Source: a virus
Reading direction: 5' to 3' (one strand)
Length of the DNA: 64,000 nt
Virus record (IMG/VR): IMGVR_UViG_3300050138_000621
Location: 1-64,000 of that record
How positions within the stretch are numbered: position 1 is the first letter of the stretch; each line of letters starts with the position of its first letter. The position numbers and the translations under genes are program-made. Below the pieces are notes generated by a model, which saw nothing but the letters and a program-made list of their open reading frames with translations, did no database searches and was not told the DNA's origin. Below, piece by piece: positions 34,058 to 43,423 of this stretch.

Positions 34058-35842
34058 ATGTCCCGTCGCTTCGCCAATTTCGTTTCTTGCCACGTCCATC
34101 CGAACAGCCTCGACAGCGGATCGACCCCGGAGTCGTTCGCCGAGCGAGAGGCTGAGCTGGAGACCGGTGCCCTTACCTGCACCGATCACGGCACCCTCCA
34201 GGCCGCGCGCAAGATTTACGACCTCGGCAAGGAGAAGGGGCTGACGCCGATCGTTGGCATCGAGGCGTACTTCCGGGATGACGAGTGCAGCATCCTCACT
34301 GCCAACGGCTACCAGAAGAACGAGCGCGGCGGGTTCATCAGCGCTCCCAAATACTCGCACATTACTTTGCACGCAATGGACTACACCGCGTACCGGTGCA
34401 TGGTCCGGCTGATCTCGCGCGCCGACACCCGCCTCGAAGACGACAAGCTTCGGATGGAGCCCGCCCACCGGAAGATGGGGAGCGAGCGGAAGGCTTTGTT
34501 TCGTTGGTCCGACCTGGAGGAGCTGGGCACGTACAACGTGACGGCGACCTCGGGCTGCATGACGGGGATCTGCAAGCGCCACATCTTCGACAACGACGAC
34601 CCGAAGACGGCGATCCAATACTTCGAGCGCCTCAAGGCCACGTTCAAGCCCGGCAATTTCTACGTCGAGCTGAATCCCCACGATACCAGCCACGACTGGA
34701 TCCAAGGCGTGTTCATCACGATGATCGACGGGACCGAGCACAAGCTCTACGACGGCAAGATCGTGATGACGGACGCCGGGGAGATCCGGGCCGGGCAGTT
34801 GGCGAAGGAGTGGACATTCGGGAAGCACAACGTCCTCAAGTCCATCAAGGACCGCAGCAAATGGCGGGAGATGGCCGAGGCAAAGATCGTTAAGGTGGAG
34901 CAACGCGAGGGGTTCGAGCGCAACGAGTGCCGACCCTGGGCACAGGACGGCAACTACGAGGCCGCCTTGAACCGCTTCATGTTCATTCTGGCGAAGAAGC
35001 ACAGGGTCCCAATCACCCTCGGGGACGACTCGCACTACTCGACCCCGGATGCGGCCATCGTCCAGGACGTTCGCCTGGCCCAGAACGGGCCCTGGCGCTT
35101 CTATACCGGCGGCCCGCACAACACCTACCACCGGATGACGAGCGACGAGGCCTGGACCCACTTCCAATCCATGCCGGGCGTTGGCGAGAAGGAATTCGAG
35201 AGCTGGATCGGCAACTCCCACGACCTCGCGAGCCGCTTCAAGGACTTCAAGTTCGAGTCGGCGCCGTCGTTGCCGACCAAGTTCTACGAGACGGAGTACC
35301 AAAAGCGGCCTTGGTACGTGGCAGGGAAGGCCGACAACAGCGTCCGCTACACCATGGAGCTGATCCGTAAGCAGGGCCGGATGCGCTGGGACGACGCGAA
35401 GTACGTCAGACGTCTCAGGGAAGAGATCGACCTGCTGCACGGTAACGGGACGATTGACTTGTTGCCGTATTTTATGATCGACGAGGACGTTTGCTCCACT
35501 TACGAGCTGGCGGAGGAATTGACGGGCCCGGGCCGAGGTTCGGCGGCCGGCGCCCTGATCTCGTTCCTCCTCGGGATCACTCACGTAGATCCGTTACGTT
35601 TCGACCTCTCCCTCGATCGGTTCTTGACGAAGGACCGGATTGCGAGCGGCAAATTGCCGGACATAGACCAGGATCTCTCAAGCCGCGACCTTCTAACTGG
35701 CGGTGTCAGTTACGTCGAGATCGAGCTGGACAACGGTACGAAGAGGATCGTCCGGGCCTCGGCCCAGGTCACCACGGACGAAGGCGATGTCACCGTCCAG
35801 GAAGCGTTCGACCGAGGACTCGACATTCGGAGTTGGGCATGA
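34058..35842 (+). CDS. dnaE: DNA polymerase III alpha (DnaE) N-terminal fragment: PHP domain through the catalytic PDIDxD motif
   Basis: CHVHPNSLDSGS...TDHGTLQ (PHP), GPGRGSAAGALISFLLGITHVDP, LPDIDQDL. Ends with a TGA that overlaps the next ATG (ATGA). Confidence 0.8.
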   Translation: MSRRFANFVSCHVHPNSLDSGSTPESFAEREAELETGALTCTDHGTLQAARKIYDLGKEKGLTPIVGIEAYFRDDECSILTANGYQKNERGGFISAPKYSHITLHAMDYTAYRCMVRLISRADTRLEDDKLRMEPAHRKMGSERKALFRWSDLEELGTYNVTATSGCMTGICKRHIFDNDDPKTAIQYFERLKATFKPGNFYVELNPHDTSHDWIQGVFITMIDGTEHKLYDGKIVMTDAGEIRAGQLAKEWTFGKHNVLKSIKDRSKWREMAEAKIVKVEQREGFERNECRPWAQDGNYEAALNRFMFILAKKHRVPITLGDDSHYSTPDAAIVQDVRLAQNGPWRFYTGGPHNTYHRMTSDEAWTHFQSMPGVGEKEFESWIGNSHDLASRFKDFKFESAPSLPTKFYETEYQKRPWYVAGKADNSVRYTMELIRKQGRMRWDDAKYVRRLREEIDLLHGNGTIDLLPYFMIDEDVCSTYELAEELTGPGRGSAAGALISFLLGITHVDPLRFDLSLDRFLTKDRIASGKLPDIDQDLSSRDLLTGGVSYVEIELDNGTKRIVRASAQVTTDEGDVTVQEAFDRGLDIRSWA

Positions 35843-38800
35843 AGATCACGTCGTTGAAGGTCGTCTCGGACGCAGATAGCGGATGGCTCCATCGCAGGTT
35901 CGGGGACCATGTCGCTCAGATCTCGGTCGAGACCAAGATGAAGATGAGGCTCGCAGTCCGCGACGTCTCCAGGCAGCAGCGCGGGTTCGTCACCTCCGAG
36001 ATCGAGACGCTGGCCAAGAAGTTTCCGCAGCCCCCACAGGGAGTGGAGGATCTAGACTTCGTCCTTGGATACGACAACGACGAAGGGCACCAGCAGGGCG
36101 CCATCGAGGTCGATGAGGCGATCCAGGAGTACGTTCGCCTCTACCCCAAGGACTGGGAGATCGTGCAGCAGTGCCTCGGGCTGGCGCGCCAGCGCTCCCG
36201 TCACGCCTGCGCCTACGTCATAGGAAACGAGCCAATCGAGCAGATGATCCCGCTCACCACCGTGGGCGGGGTGCGAGTCACGGCTTACAACGCCCCGGCC
36301 GTCGAGGCTGTTGGCGGGCTCAAGATGGACTTCCTCGTCGTCAACTCGCTGATGGACATCGGCGACTGCATCAAGCTGGTCCAGAAGCGCCATCGGGAGG
36401 TCGAGTACAAGGAGGCCGCGCTCAGCGGGCTTCGCGTGCCCCGGTTCCGCCAAATCCCCATCCCCGGCGGCGGCCTGGCGGACATCTGGAACCTGCCGGA
36501 CGACCAAAACGTGTTCACCGACGTGTCCCAGGGCCGCACGGAGACTGTTTTTCAATTTAATACGGAATCAGCCCGCAAGTGGTTGAAGCACTTCAACTAC
36601 AGGAAGGCCAACGGCAACTACGCGATCGACTCGATCGCGACGATGGCCTACTTCACGGCCCTCGATCGCCCTGGCCCCCTCGACGCGTACGTGTCCAACC
36701 CCGAAGAGGAGGACACCAAGCACAACATGCTCGTCGAGTACGCGCGCCGCGTCCGCGGCGCCCCGAAGAGCCCCGACATCCTGCCGATCTTCGACGAGCT
36801 GCTGCCGCACATGAACGGGATCATGATCACGCAGGAAGCCCTTCAATACATGTACCAGCGCCTCACGGGGTGTTCTGGTCCGGAGGCCGAGGACTTCCGC
36901 TCGAACATAGCGAAAAAGAAGATGGCCAAGGTCGAGAAGGCCTACCTGCCGTTCATCGAGTCCGCAACCAAGACGATCGGCAAAGAGAACGCCGAGGCCG
37001 TGTGGAAGAACTTCATCACCTTCGGCCAGTACGGATTCAATCAATCTATTGATGGAGACACAATCATCTCCACATGCGATGGAACGATGAGGCGACTCCG
37101 GGACTACAACGCGGGCGACAGCGTGAACGCGGTGGACGATCGCGGCAACGCGATCAGCACGGCAGTAATGGCCCTTCACGATCACGGAATGCTGGAGGGG
37201 TTCGAGGCGACGTTCGACGATGGATATTCATTGATCATTTCGTCCGATCACAAATTTCTCACCGCCCAGGGACAAAAGCCGCTGTACGAGATCGTCGCGC
37301 GGGGGATGGAGGTTCTGTCTAGTGGCCGCCAAGCTTATGGATGGATGGACGGCACGTTGCGGGGAGGGGTTCCTAACGAGACGGTCATTGCAGTCTCACC
37401 TGAATCAATGCACGGACTGCATGAACCACCGGGGTATGGGCCGCAAGCCCGACCCTCGCGGATACCTGGTGAGGTGCGGGACGAAGGTCAAGAAAGCGAC
37501 GGACGTAAAAACCCATCAGAGCATTTGCGAACGGTGCTGGGAGATGTTGTGGCGCCGGCCAAACAACGCTGGCTGGGCAGCTCGCTGCGGGCAGATCTGT
37601 CCTGGAAAGAGGGATCGTGCGGAACATCACCGGACGTGCTCAGTGTGCGCGGCGGTGAAGAAAGAAAACATCAAAGTCAGGCAGGCGAAGTTGGCGGCAA
37701 GCCCAGGGTTCCGAGAAATGTGTTCGGAAACGGCCAAGAAAACTTCCATGCGGAGGGACATTCAGCTTCAGCGCGCGGGGAGGCTGAAGGCTTGGAGAGA
37801 CGGCAATCCGGAGAAGTTTCAAGAGATAGTCAAAAAACTGACCCACTCCCCAAAGAACTCGAAGGCGGAGGCATGGCTTCGACAGGAGGGGATCCTAATG
37901 TGGCCAGATGCTCAAATTGTTTGTGGGACGGAGCGGAAGCAGGTGGATTTTGTAAGCCCGGATCACAAAGTGTGGGTGGAGATGGACGGAGGATTCCACT
38001 TCTTCCCTCTGACGAAGGGGAGGAAGGCGACGCCTGCAGAACACCTGGAGTACGTCCAGGGGCGGGACGCGATGCTCAAAATGGAAGCGTTGCGCCGGTC
38101 AGATGTGACATTGATCCGAATATCTTGCGAGTGTTTCAGGGGAAACTCGAAGAGAAAACTGAAAGACGAGTGGCTCGGGACACTTACGCAAATGCTCCAC
38201 TTTCCTCAACCGGGGATTTGGTGCTTAGGCGAATTGTACAAGTCCGTTCTGTGGGCCCAAGACGGATGTACGATCTTGAGGTCTCCCATCCCAAGCACAA
38301 TTTTGTTCTCCCGAACGGAGTGGTCACCTCCAATAGCCACGCCGTCTGCTACTCCGTCATCGGCTACGCCTGCGCCTACCTGAAGCACCACTACCCGCTG
38401 GAATGGTGGACCTCGGTTCTCTCCAACGCCTCGAAGAACGAGGTCTCCGACAAGTTTTGGAAGCATTGCGGGCAGCTCATACGCCTCCCCGACGTCACGA
38501 AGTCCGGGGCGAAGTTCACCATCTCCGGGGAGCACATCCAGGCCCCGCTCAACATCATCAAGGGCGTCGGCGACGGCGCCGACAAGCAGCTCTCGAAGTA
38601 CGCTCCCTACACCGACATTCTCGACTTCTGTCGCAAGATCGAGAAGCACCGCATGGACGGCGGCGGCTACGTCATGAAGACGGTGAAGTACAAGGACAAG
38701 GACAACAAGGTCCTCAATCCCGAGACCGGCCGAATGGTAGCGACCGATGCCATCAAGGAGGAGCGAACGTTCAAACGGGGCCCCAACACTCTCAATGCGG

Positions 38801-39588
38801 GCGTCATCAAGGTGTTGATTGCCTCGGGCGCCATGGACGGCCTCTTCTCCGAGAATGTCCTCCTCGAAGAGCAGATGACGGAATACGAAAAGGCGATGGC
38901 TGCCGCGGAAACCGAGACCAACATAGCAACGGCGCCCGCCGGAAAGACCGTCCGCCCCATTAAGCCCAAGAAGGTGGATCCGAGCGAATTCAACCTGAAT
39001 GCTTTACAGCGGTACCAGTCCCGCAAGGCAGTGTTGCCGATTTACGGAGCCGACCTCATTCCCATGGTGGTCCGCTCGGGCAAAGCCAACGGCCTCAAAC
39101 AGTACCCTGGGCGTGCACTTATGGAGTGGATCTCCCCGTTCAACGGGAAGGAGAGCATCGTCGAGCTGATTGGCGCAGACGCCCTGTCACACGACGAGGA
39201 TTTCATCGTCAAGGACAAGAAATCGGTCAACGTGGCGGTCGCCGCGTACATCGAAGAGGTGGAGATCCGTAAGTACGGGCCGCTGCTAAAAGAAATGGTT
39301 AAGGTCAAGCTCGACGTCGAGGGCGCTCGGTTCGAGTTCGTCAAGTTCTCCGGTAAAACTGGGGTAGTCGCGGACTGTTTCAGGCAGCCGTTGCAGGGCG
39401 CGGTCGCCGTTGTGATCCTCAACAAATGGACCAACGATCGGCCGTTTGGGCCCGAGGACGTGCTCGTTGTGGAGCCACCAATCAACGTGAAGACACCTGA
39501 CCCGGACCCGGCGCCTGCGGACGTCGAGCAAGCTTTGGACAACCGGCAACCATCGGATGAGGTCGATTGGACCGGGCGTTCGCTATAG
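35839..39588 (+). CDS. dnaE: DNA polymerase III alpha (DnaE) C-terminal fragment, interrupted by an intein
   Basis: ATG 35839 inside ORF 35491..39588. FGDHVAQISVETKMKMRLAVRDVSR, RHACAYVIG, GGLKMDFLVVNSL, FGQYGFNQ[intein]SHAVCYSVIGYACAYLKHHYP. Confidence 0.8.
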   Translation: MKITSLKVVSDADSGWLHRRFGDHVAQISVETKMKMRLAVRDVSRQQRGFVTSEIETLAKKFPQPPQGVEDLDFVLGYDNDEGHQQGAIEVDEAIQEYVRLYPKDWEIVQQCLGLARQRSRHACAYVIGNEPIEQMIPLTTVGGVRVTAYNAPAVEAVGGLKMDFLVVNSLMDIGDCIKLVQKRHREVEYKEAALSGLRVPRFRQIPIPGGGLADIWNLPDDQNVFTDVSQGRTETVFQFNTESARKWLKHFNYRKANGNYAIDSIATMAYFTALDRPGPLDAYVSNPEEEDTKHNMLVEYARRVRGAPKSPDILPIFDELLPHMNGIMITQEALQYMYQRLTGCSGPEAEDFRSNIAKKKMAKVEKAYLPFIESATKTIGKENAEAVWKNFITFGQYGFNQSIDGDTIISTCDGTMRRLRDYNAGDSVNAVDDRGNAISTAVMALHDHGMLEGFEATFDDGYSLIISSDHKFLTAQGQKPLYEIVARGMEVLSSGRQAYGWMDGTLRGGVPNETVIAVSPESMHGLHEPPGYGPQARPSRIPGEVRDEGQESDGRKNPSEHLRTVLGDVVAPAKQRWLGSSLRADLSWKEGSCGTSPDVLSVRGGEERKHQSQAGEVGGKPRVPRNVFGNGQENFHAEGHSASARGEAEGLERRQSGEVSRDSQKTDPLPKELEGGGMASTGGDPNVARCSNCLWDGAEAGGFCKPGSQSVGGDGRRIPLLPSDEGEEGDACRTPGVRPGAGRDAQNGSVAPVRCDIDPNILRVFQGKLEEKTERRVARDTYANAPLSSTGDLVLRRIVQVRSVGPRRMYDLEVSHPKHNFVLPNGVVTSNSHAVCYSVIGYACAYLKHHYPLEWWTSVLSNASKNEVSDKFWKHCGQLIRLPDVTKSGAKFTISGEHIQAPLNIIKGVGDGADKQLSKYAPYTDILDFCRKIEKHRMDGGGYVMKTVKYKDKDNKVLNPETGRMVATDAIKEERTFKRGPNTLNAGVIKVLIASGAMDGLFSENVLLEEQMTEYEKAMAAAETETNIATAPAGKTVRPIKPKKVDPSEFNLNALQRYQSRKAVLPIYGADLIPMVVRSGKANGLKQYPGRALMEWISPFNGKESIVELIGADALSHDEDFIVKDKKSVNVAVAAYIEEVEIRKYGPLLKEMVKVKLDVEGARFEFVKFSGKTGVVADCFRQPLQGAVAVVILNKWTNDRPFGPEDVLVVEPPINVKTPDPDPAPADVEQALDNRQPSDEVDWTGRSL
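37045..38334 (+). mobile_element. intein (430 aa) in dnaE at the conserved GFNxSH site
   Basis: Starts SIDGDTIIST (block A, Ser1). Block B is IISSDHKFLT. Blocks F/G are RRMYDLEVSHPKHNFVLPNGVVTSN, followed by +1 Ser. The extein junction restores FNQSHA. Confidence 0.75.
37322..38383 (+). CDS. nested endonuclease gene in the +1 frame of the dnaE intein: three Cys/His fingers plus a Vsr/DUF559-like nuclease core
   Basis: 353-aa ORF (ATG at 37337). Three repeats of RCG-x10-13-H-x3-C-x2-C. QVDFVSPDHKVWVEMDGGFHF...GRDAML...LIRIS resembles the DUF559/Vsr fold. The tail beyond ~38200 is probably fortuitous read-on. Confidence 0.55.
   Translation: MAAKLMDGWTARCGEGFLTRRSLQSHLNQCTDCMNHRGMGRKPDPRGYLVRCGTKVKKATDVKTHQSICERCWEMLWRRPNNAGWAARCGQICPGKRDRAEHHRTCSVCAAVKKENIKVRQAKLAASPGFREMCSETAKKTSMRRDIQLQRAGRLKAWRDGNPEKFQEIVKKLTHSPKNSKAEAWLRQEGILMWPDAQIVCGTERKQVDFVSPDHKVWVEMDGGFHFFPLTKGRKATPAEHLEYVQGRDAMLKMEALRRSDVTLIRISCECFRGNSKRKLKDEWLGTLTQMLHFPQPGIWCLGELYKSVLWAQDGCTILRSPIPSTILFSRTEWSPPIATPSATPSSATPAPT
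39577..39588 (+). promoter_or_regulatory. 12-nt element CGTTCGCTATAG
   Basis: Exact match. Its TAG is the dnaE stop. 27 nt upstream of ATG 39616. Confidence 0.6.
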
Positions 39589-39615
39589 AGAGAAACACAT
39601 TCAAAGGACCCCCCC

Positions 39616-40500
39616 ATGAAACGACCCCTCAAGACGATCCTCGCCGACATCGCTGACAACGCCGAGACCATGGCGCGAGATCTAGATGCCCTTCCCCCGA
39701 GCGTCCGTCCGGGTCACCAGGGTGCCATCCGCCGTGCGCAGGAGGCGGCCCCAGCGCTGCTACAGGAGTACCGAGAGGCGGTCCTGGCCAACTCTCTGGC
39801 CTTCTTCGTGTCGGGAGGAGCGGATGGAGCGCCCATGCAGTTCGCGGAGATCGCTTACGACGAGGGCGCCTTGCCAGCCGACTTCGGAGCGATGTACGCC
39901 GCCCTGGCGGACCAGCTCGGACCCCTCATGGGCAAATCTGTGGATTTCGGGATGGACCAGGTCGTTCGTTTGGATTTCCTTCTCCGGGGCATCGCCACCA
40001 CGTCTGGATTCGGACGCGCCGTCGATCTGCCGCGAACCGCGGCGACCTACGCGGTCAAGGGCAAGCGGGCGCTCACCGACCACATCCGGAAGCTCGCCGA
40101 GACGACGACCGACGGGGCAAAACTGAACCTCCTCGTCACGACCAAGAAGCTGATCGAGGCGGCGGTGTCGCATCGGTTCGCGCGCAAGACATTCAAGGTC
40201 GTGGTCATCAACGCCAGCGCCGCCGACCGGAAGCTCTTGGAGGCCCTGTTCACTCGGAGCGTGACGGTCGACCTGACTGACGTAGAGACGATCGATGTGG
40301 GTTTCGTTGTTGGCGCTTTCAAACGGGCCCACAACGAAACGCCTCCGGCGCCCCCCGAGTGTGCCGCCGCCAGCTCCCAACGCAACAACGTAGGGGCGTT
40401 CGCTATAGGTAGTGTGAACCAACAACGCAACGAGCCAAGTAACGGAGAAATGAATGAGCAACGTTTTCGGTACCCCCAAGTTCGGCAATTCAGGCGGTGA
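39616..40500 (+). CDS. hypothetical protein
   Basis: 294-aa ORF. A 12-mer lies 27 nt upstream. The 3' end overlaps the next 12-mer and the next start, so the true C-terminus is uncertain. Confidence 0.55.
   Translation: MKRPLKTILADIADNAETMARDLDALPPSVRPGHQGAIRRAQEAAPALLQEYREAVLANSLAFFVSGGADGAPMQFAEIAYDEGALPADFGAMYAALADQLGPLMGKSVDFGMDQVVRLDFLLRGIATTSGFGRAVDLPRTAATYAVKGKRALTDHIRKLAETTTDGAKLNLLVTTKKLIEAAVSHRFARKTFKVVVINASAADRKLLEALFTRSVTVDLTDVETIDVGFVVGAFKRAHNETPPAPPECAAASSQRNNVGAFAIGSVNQQRNEPSNGEMNEQRFRYPQVRQFRR
40397..40408 (+). promoter_or_regulatory. 12-nt element CGTTCGCTATAG
   Basis: Exact match, 45 nt upstream of ATG 40454. Lies in the 3' end of ORF 39616..40500. Confidence 0.6.
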
Positions 40501-41680
40501 CTACAAGAAGACCCGCACTGTCGGAGCCGGAGACACGTACTTCCGCGCTCTTCCCCCGATGTTTTCGCTGCGCGATGTCGGCGAGTGGCGGAAGTATTTT
40601 GCCACGCACTGGGGCTACGAGGGCGTGAGCGATCGCGACCCTTCGAAGACGTTCCAGAAGCCCTTCCGCTGCATCCTCGACAAGGATCGGCGCACGGGTC
40701 TCGTTCGCCAGGAATGCCCGGCGTGCAATAAGCGCGCTCAGGTCGAGAAGGAGCTGGCAGACCAGGAGAAGGCGATCCGCGCTCAGATGGTCGGCAAGGA
40801 CGAGGCGGTGATCGTGGCGCGCCTGACCAAGGAGCTGGCGCCGATTGTCCAGTGGCTGGAAGACCACCGGCTCGACGGCAAGTGGTACGTGAACGCGAAG
40901 TTCAAGGACGGGACCTTCGGCAGCATCAAGCTGAATCACAAGTTCCACATGTCCCGCATCCTGGAGATCATCAACGGCAAGGCCGCGACCGCGACAACTC
41001 CGGCCGTGCCGGGGCTGATGGAGGCCGAAGGGATCAACCCACTCGATCCGGCCCAGGGCGTGTGGTTCGTGGTCCATCGTACCGGCGCCAAGCGCTCGGT
41101 GGTCGACACGACGGACATCGAGATGGAGAACGTGGTCGGCGTGGTGAACGGTCAGAACCGCAACCTCAAGCAGATCGTCCCGGCCCCGCTCACCGACGAA
41201 GAGTGTGAGAAGGCGGGGAAGGACTGTGAAGACCTCGCGACCCTGGGCGGCGCCGCTCTCACGTTCGAGCAGATCGACTCGCTCGTGAACGGCAGCGGAG
41301 ACCCGGAAGAGATCGACCAGGCGATGTCGACCGCCGAGACGGAGGCGGCGCAAGCCGCTGCGGCTCGCCAGGCAGCTGCCACCGCGCAGCTCGAAGCCGA
41401 CAAGGCCACCGCGGCTGCCAGGGTCGCACATCTGGAAGCGGAGGCGAAGAAGGCCCCCGTAGCTCCGGCGGCCGGCACCGCGCTGAACGATGCCGTCAAG
41501 GAGCGTCTCGCCGAGATCGCCGCCCGCGAGGCAGCGAAGAAGGCCAAGGAAGAAGAGACCGCCCGCAAGGCCGCCGAGGAAGCTGCCGCGGCAGCGAAAC
41601 CCGCTCCGTCCGTCGACATCGCCACCATGAGCGACGCCGACTTCTTGCGGGACTACGGCCCGGGCGCGGGGATGGCGTAA
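40454..41680 (+). CDS. putative gp32-like single-stranded DNA-binding protein
   Basis: Zinc-site-like FRCILDKDRRTGLVRQECPACNK, Ala/Glu-rich C-terminal region ending ...MSDADFLRDYG, positioned before the recombinase gene. Confidence 0.4.
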   Translation: MSNVFGTPKFGNSGGDYKKTRTVGAGDTYFRALPPMFSLRDVGEWRKYFATHWGYEGVSDRDPSKTFQKPFRCILDKDRRTGLVRQECPACNKRAQVEKELADQEKAIRAQMVGKDEAVIVARLTKELAPIVQWLEDHRLDGKWYVNAKFKDGTFGSIKLNHKFHMSRILEIINGKAATATTPAVPGLMEAEGINPLDPAQGVWFVVHRTGAKRSVVDTTDIEMENVVGVVNGQNRNLKQIVPAPLTDEECEKAGKDCEDLATLGGAALTFEQIDSLVNGSGDPEEIDQAMSTAETEAAQAAAARQAAATAQLEADKATAAARVAHLEAEAKKAPVAPAAGTALNDAVKERLAEIAAREAAKKAKEEETARKAAEEAAAAAKPAPSVDIATMSDADFLRDYGPGAGMA

Positions 41681-42286
41681 ATGATCGAGTCCACGGACTT
41701 GGTCGTCCCCCTGGGGGACGGATCCGCCGAGCTGCGGATCTCCCTCGGGGACATCATGACCGCCGAGATCCGGCAGGACGAGGTCGCGTGCGTGACCCCG
41801 GGCAAGGCGCCCGAGCTGCTCTCCACCTACAACCGGGCGTGGCGTGAGACGCACCAGTGGGTGTCCCGCCTGGAGGCCGAGAAGAACCGGGCAGAGAAGG
41901 CCCAGAGGGCGAGAAAGGGCGTCCTCCTTCTGGAGGTCATCCCGGAGAAGTTGAAAGCGCTGGACATGAAGTCGAGCGCCGACATCCGCGAGGCTGTCAT
42001 CGACACGGACATCGAGTACGGCCTGCTGACGGACCGGGTCGACCAGATCAAGGCCGCCATCATGTTCCTGAAAGGGAAGCTGGAGTCGTTCGAGAACGCC
42101 TTTACTTCCGTCAAGAAGATCATGGGGGAGAGCACGTACTCGTTCAGTGGCCCCAGTCTTCCCGCTGGGACCGGCACTGGCCGAGTCGGCGGTGGCGGGG
42201 GATCCGCCCACCAGGGCGGTGGAGGCCCAATCGCCGGCACCGGCGGCGCGAGCCGCGGTGGCGTATTCGGCAAACCGAAGTTCTAA
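41681..42286 (+). CDS. hypothetical protein with Gly-rich C-terminus (possible recombination mediator, by position only)
   Basis: 201-aa ORF between the SSB-like and RecA-like genes. Confidence 0.5.
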   Translation: MIESTDLVVPLGDGSAELRISLGDIMTAEIRQDEVACVTPGKAPELLSTYNRAWRETHQWVSRLEAEKNRAEKAQRARKGVLLLEVIPEKLKALDMKSSADIREAVIDTDIEYGLLTDRVDQIKAAIMFLKGKLESFENAFTSVKKIMGESTYSFSGPSLPAGTGTGRVGGGGGSAHQGGGGPIAGTGGASRGGVFGKPKF

Positions 42287-42316
42287 ATCACTCAGCGACT
42301 TGAAGGAGATTCACGT

Positions 42317-43414
42317 ATGGCGAAGAAATGGCTGACGGCGTTGCAGAAGATGGAGGGGGCGGTTTTGGGGGACTACAACCCAAACGATCACGTGTTGCGG
42401 AGCCCGTCTCCGTCGTTCAACTTCATGTTCGGCAACGGACACGGGCTGCCGCAGGGGTTCACGATGGTCCTGGGCGGCGTTCCCAAGGGCGGGAAGAGCG
42501 TCATTTGCAACGCCATGATCGGCCAGCTGCACAAGGACGATCCGGACGGCTTCGTCATCAAGTTCGACACGGAGTACCGCGAGTCCGGTCAGCTCACCAG
42601 CGAGCAGGCCGGGTTGTGGGGCATCGATCGCGAGCGATACCTTTGCTACCAGACCAACTCCGCGGCCGTGGTGTTCGATCGCATCGAGAAGGAGATCGCG
42701 GCGCTGTGTCAGGAGGGGATGCCGCTCAAGATGATCATCATCGACTCCATCAATGCCATGCAGGGCATTCGCGGGCAGAACTCGGACGGTCTCGAAGCGC
42801 AGGTTAATCAGTTCGGTGACCTCGCCCGCGCCCTCCCGGAGGCGTTCAAGCGGATCGTGCCGATGCAGCGGAAGTACCGGATCGGCCTGATCCTCACCTG
42901 CCATGTGCGGGCGGAGATGGACGCTCAGGAGCAGCGTCGCACCGGGTCCAAGACGCGGCTCGCGCTGCCCTTCGGCGCCGCCCACTTCGCGGAGAGCTTC
43001 ATTTCCGTCGAGCCGAACCGCAACAAAGACGCCAAGACGGACCTCTCCGGCAACGAATTCCGCAACGAGTCCTTGGGCGACATCGCCGACAACTCGGAGC
43101 AGACCGGGCACAAGATCCGCGCCAAGATGGTGAACGCTTCGATGGGCCCCAAGGGCCGCGTTGCCGAGTTCACCCTCGACTACCACAAGGGGATCATCAA
43201 TACCCACGAGGAGGTCTTCCTCCTCGGCAAGAACCGCGGCGTCATCACGATGCCGAATCAGCTCTCCTACGAGTTCGGTGGCCAGAAGTGGGTCGGCAAG
43301 CAGGCGATGCTGGACGCGCTGGCGAAGGATCGGGTGCTATACGATGCCGTTCTCGCCGAGGTCTACCGGCGCGATACGAACCACAACGAAGCCGAAGAAG
43401 TCCCGGCGGCCTAA
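42317..43414 (+). CDS. RecA/UvsX-like recombinase
   Basis: Walker A GGVPKGGKS, Walker B MIIIDSINAM, AAGGAG RBS. Confidence 0.65.
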   Translation: MAKKWLTALQKMEGAVLGDYNPNDHVLRSPSPSFNFMFGNGHGLPQGFTMVLGGVPKGGKSVICNAMIGQLHKDDPDGFVIKFDTEYRESGQLTSEQAGLWGIDRERYLCYQTNSAAVVFDRIEKEIAALCQEGMPLKMIIIDSINAMQGIRGQNSDGLEAQVNQFGDLARALPEAFKRIVPMQRKYRIGLILTCHVRAEMDAQEQRRTGSKTRLALPFGAAHFAESFISVEPNRNKDAKTDLSGNEFRNESLGDIADNSEQTGHKIRAKMVNASMGPKGRVAEFTLDYHKGIINTHEEVFLLGKNRGVITMPNQLSYEFGGQKWVGKQAMLDALAKDRVLYDAVLAEVYRRDTNHNEAEEVPAA

Positions 43415-43423
43415 GAGCACCGC

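Noticed and set aside
35780-35900. A split intein at the junction of the two dnaE ORFs.
   Set aside because: There is no Cys/Ser-initiated Hint block A at the end of the first ORF. There is no ...HN/Cys-Ser-Thr block G in the first ~16 residues of the second ORF. The beta-rich insert only vaguely resembles Hint strands.
37074-37322. A CAATCAT copy (37061-37067) followed by an out-of-frame ATG and an 82-aa ORF inside the dnaE intein, considered as a possible internal promoter or gene for the nested endonuclease.
   Set aside because: The ORF translation is Arg/Gly-rich junk, in a different frame from the endonuclease ORF. A single in-gene 7-mer hit is expected by chance.
38335-38383. Extension of the nested +1-frame ORF beyond the intein into the dnaE extein.
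   Set aside because: The tail (…SPPIATPSATPSSATPAPT) is low-complexity and overlaps the conserved splicing and extein codons. It is probably fortuitous absence of a stop rather than functional sequence.
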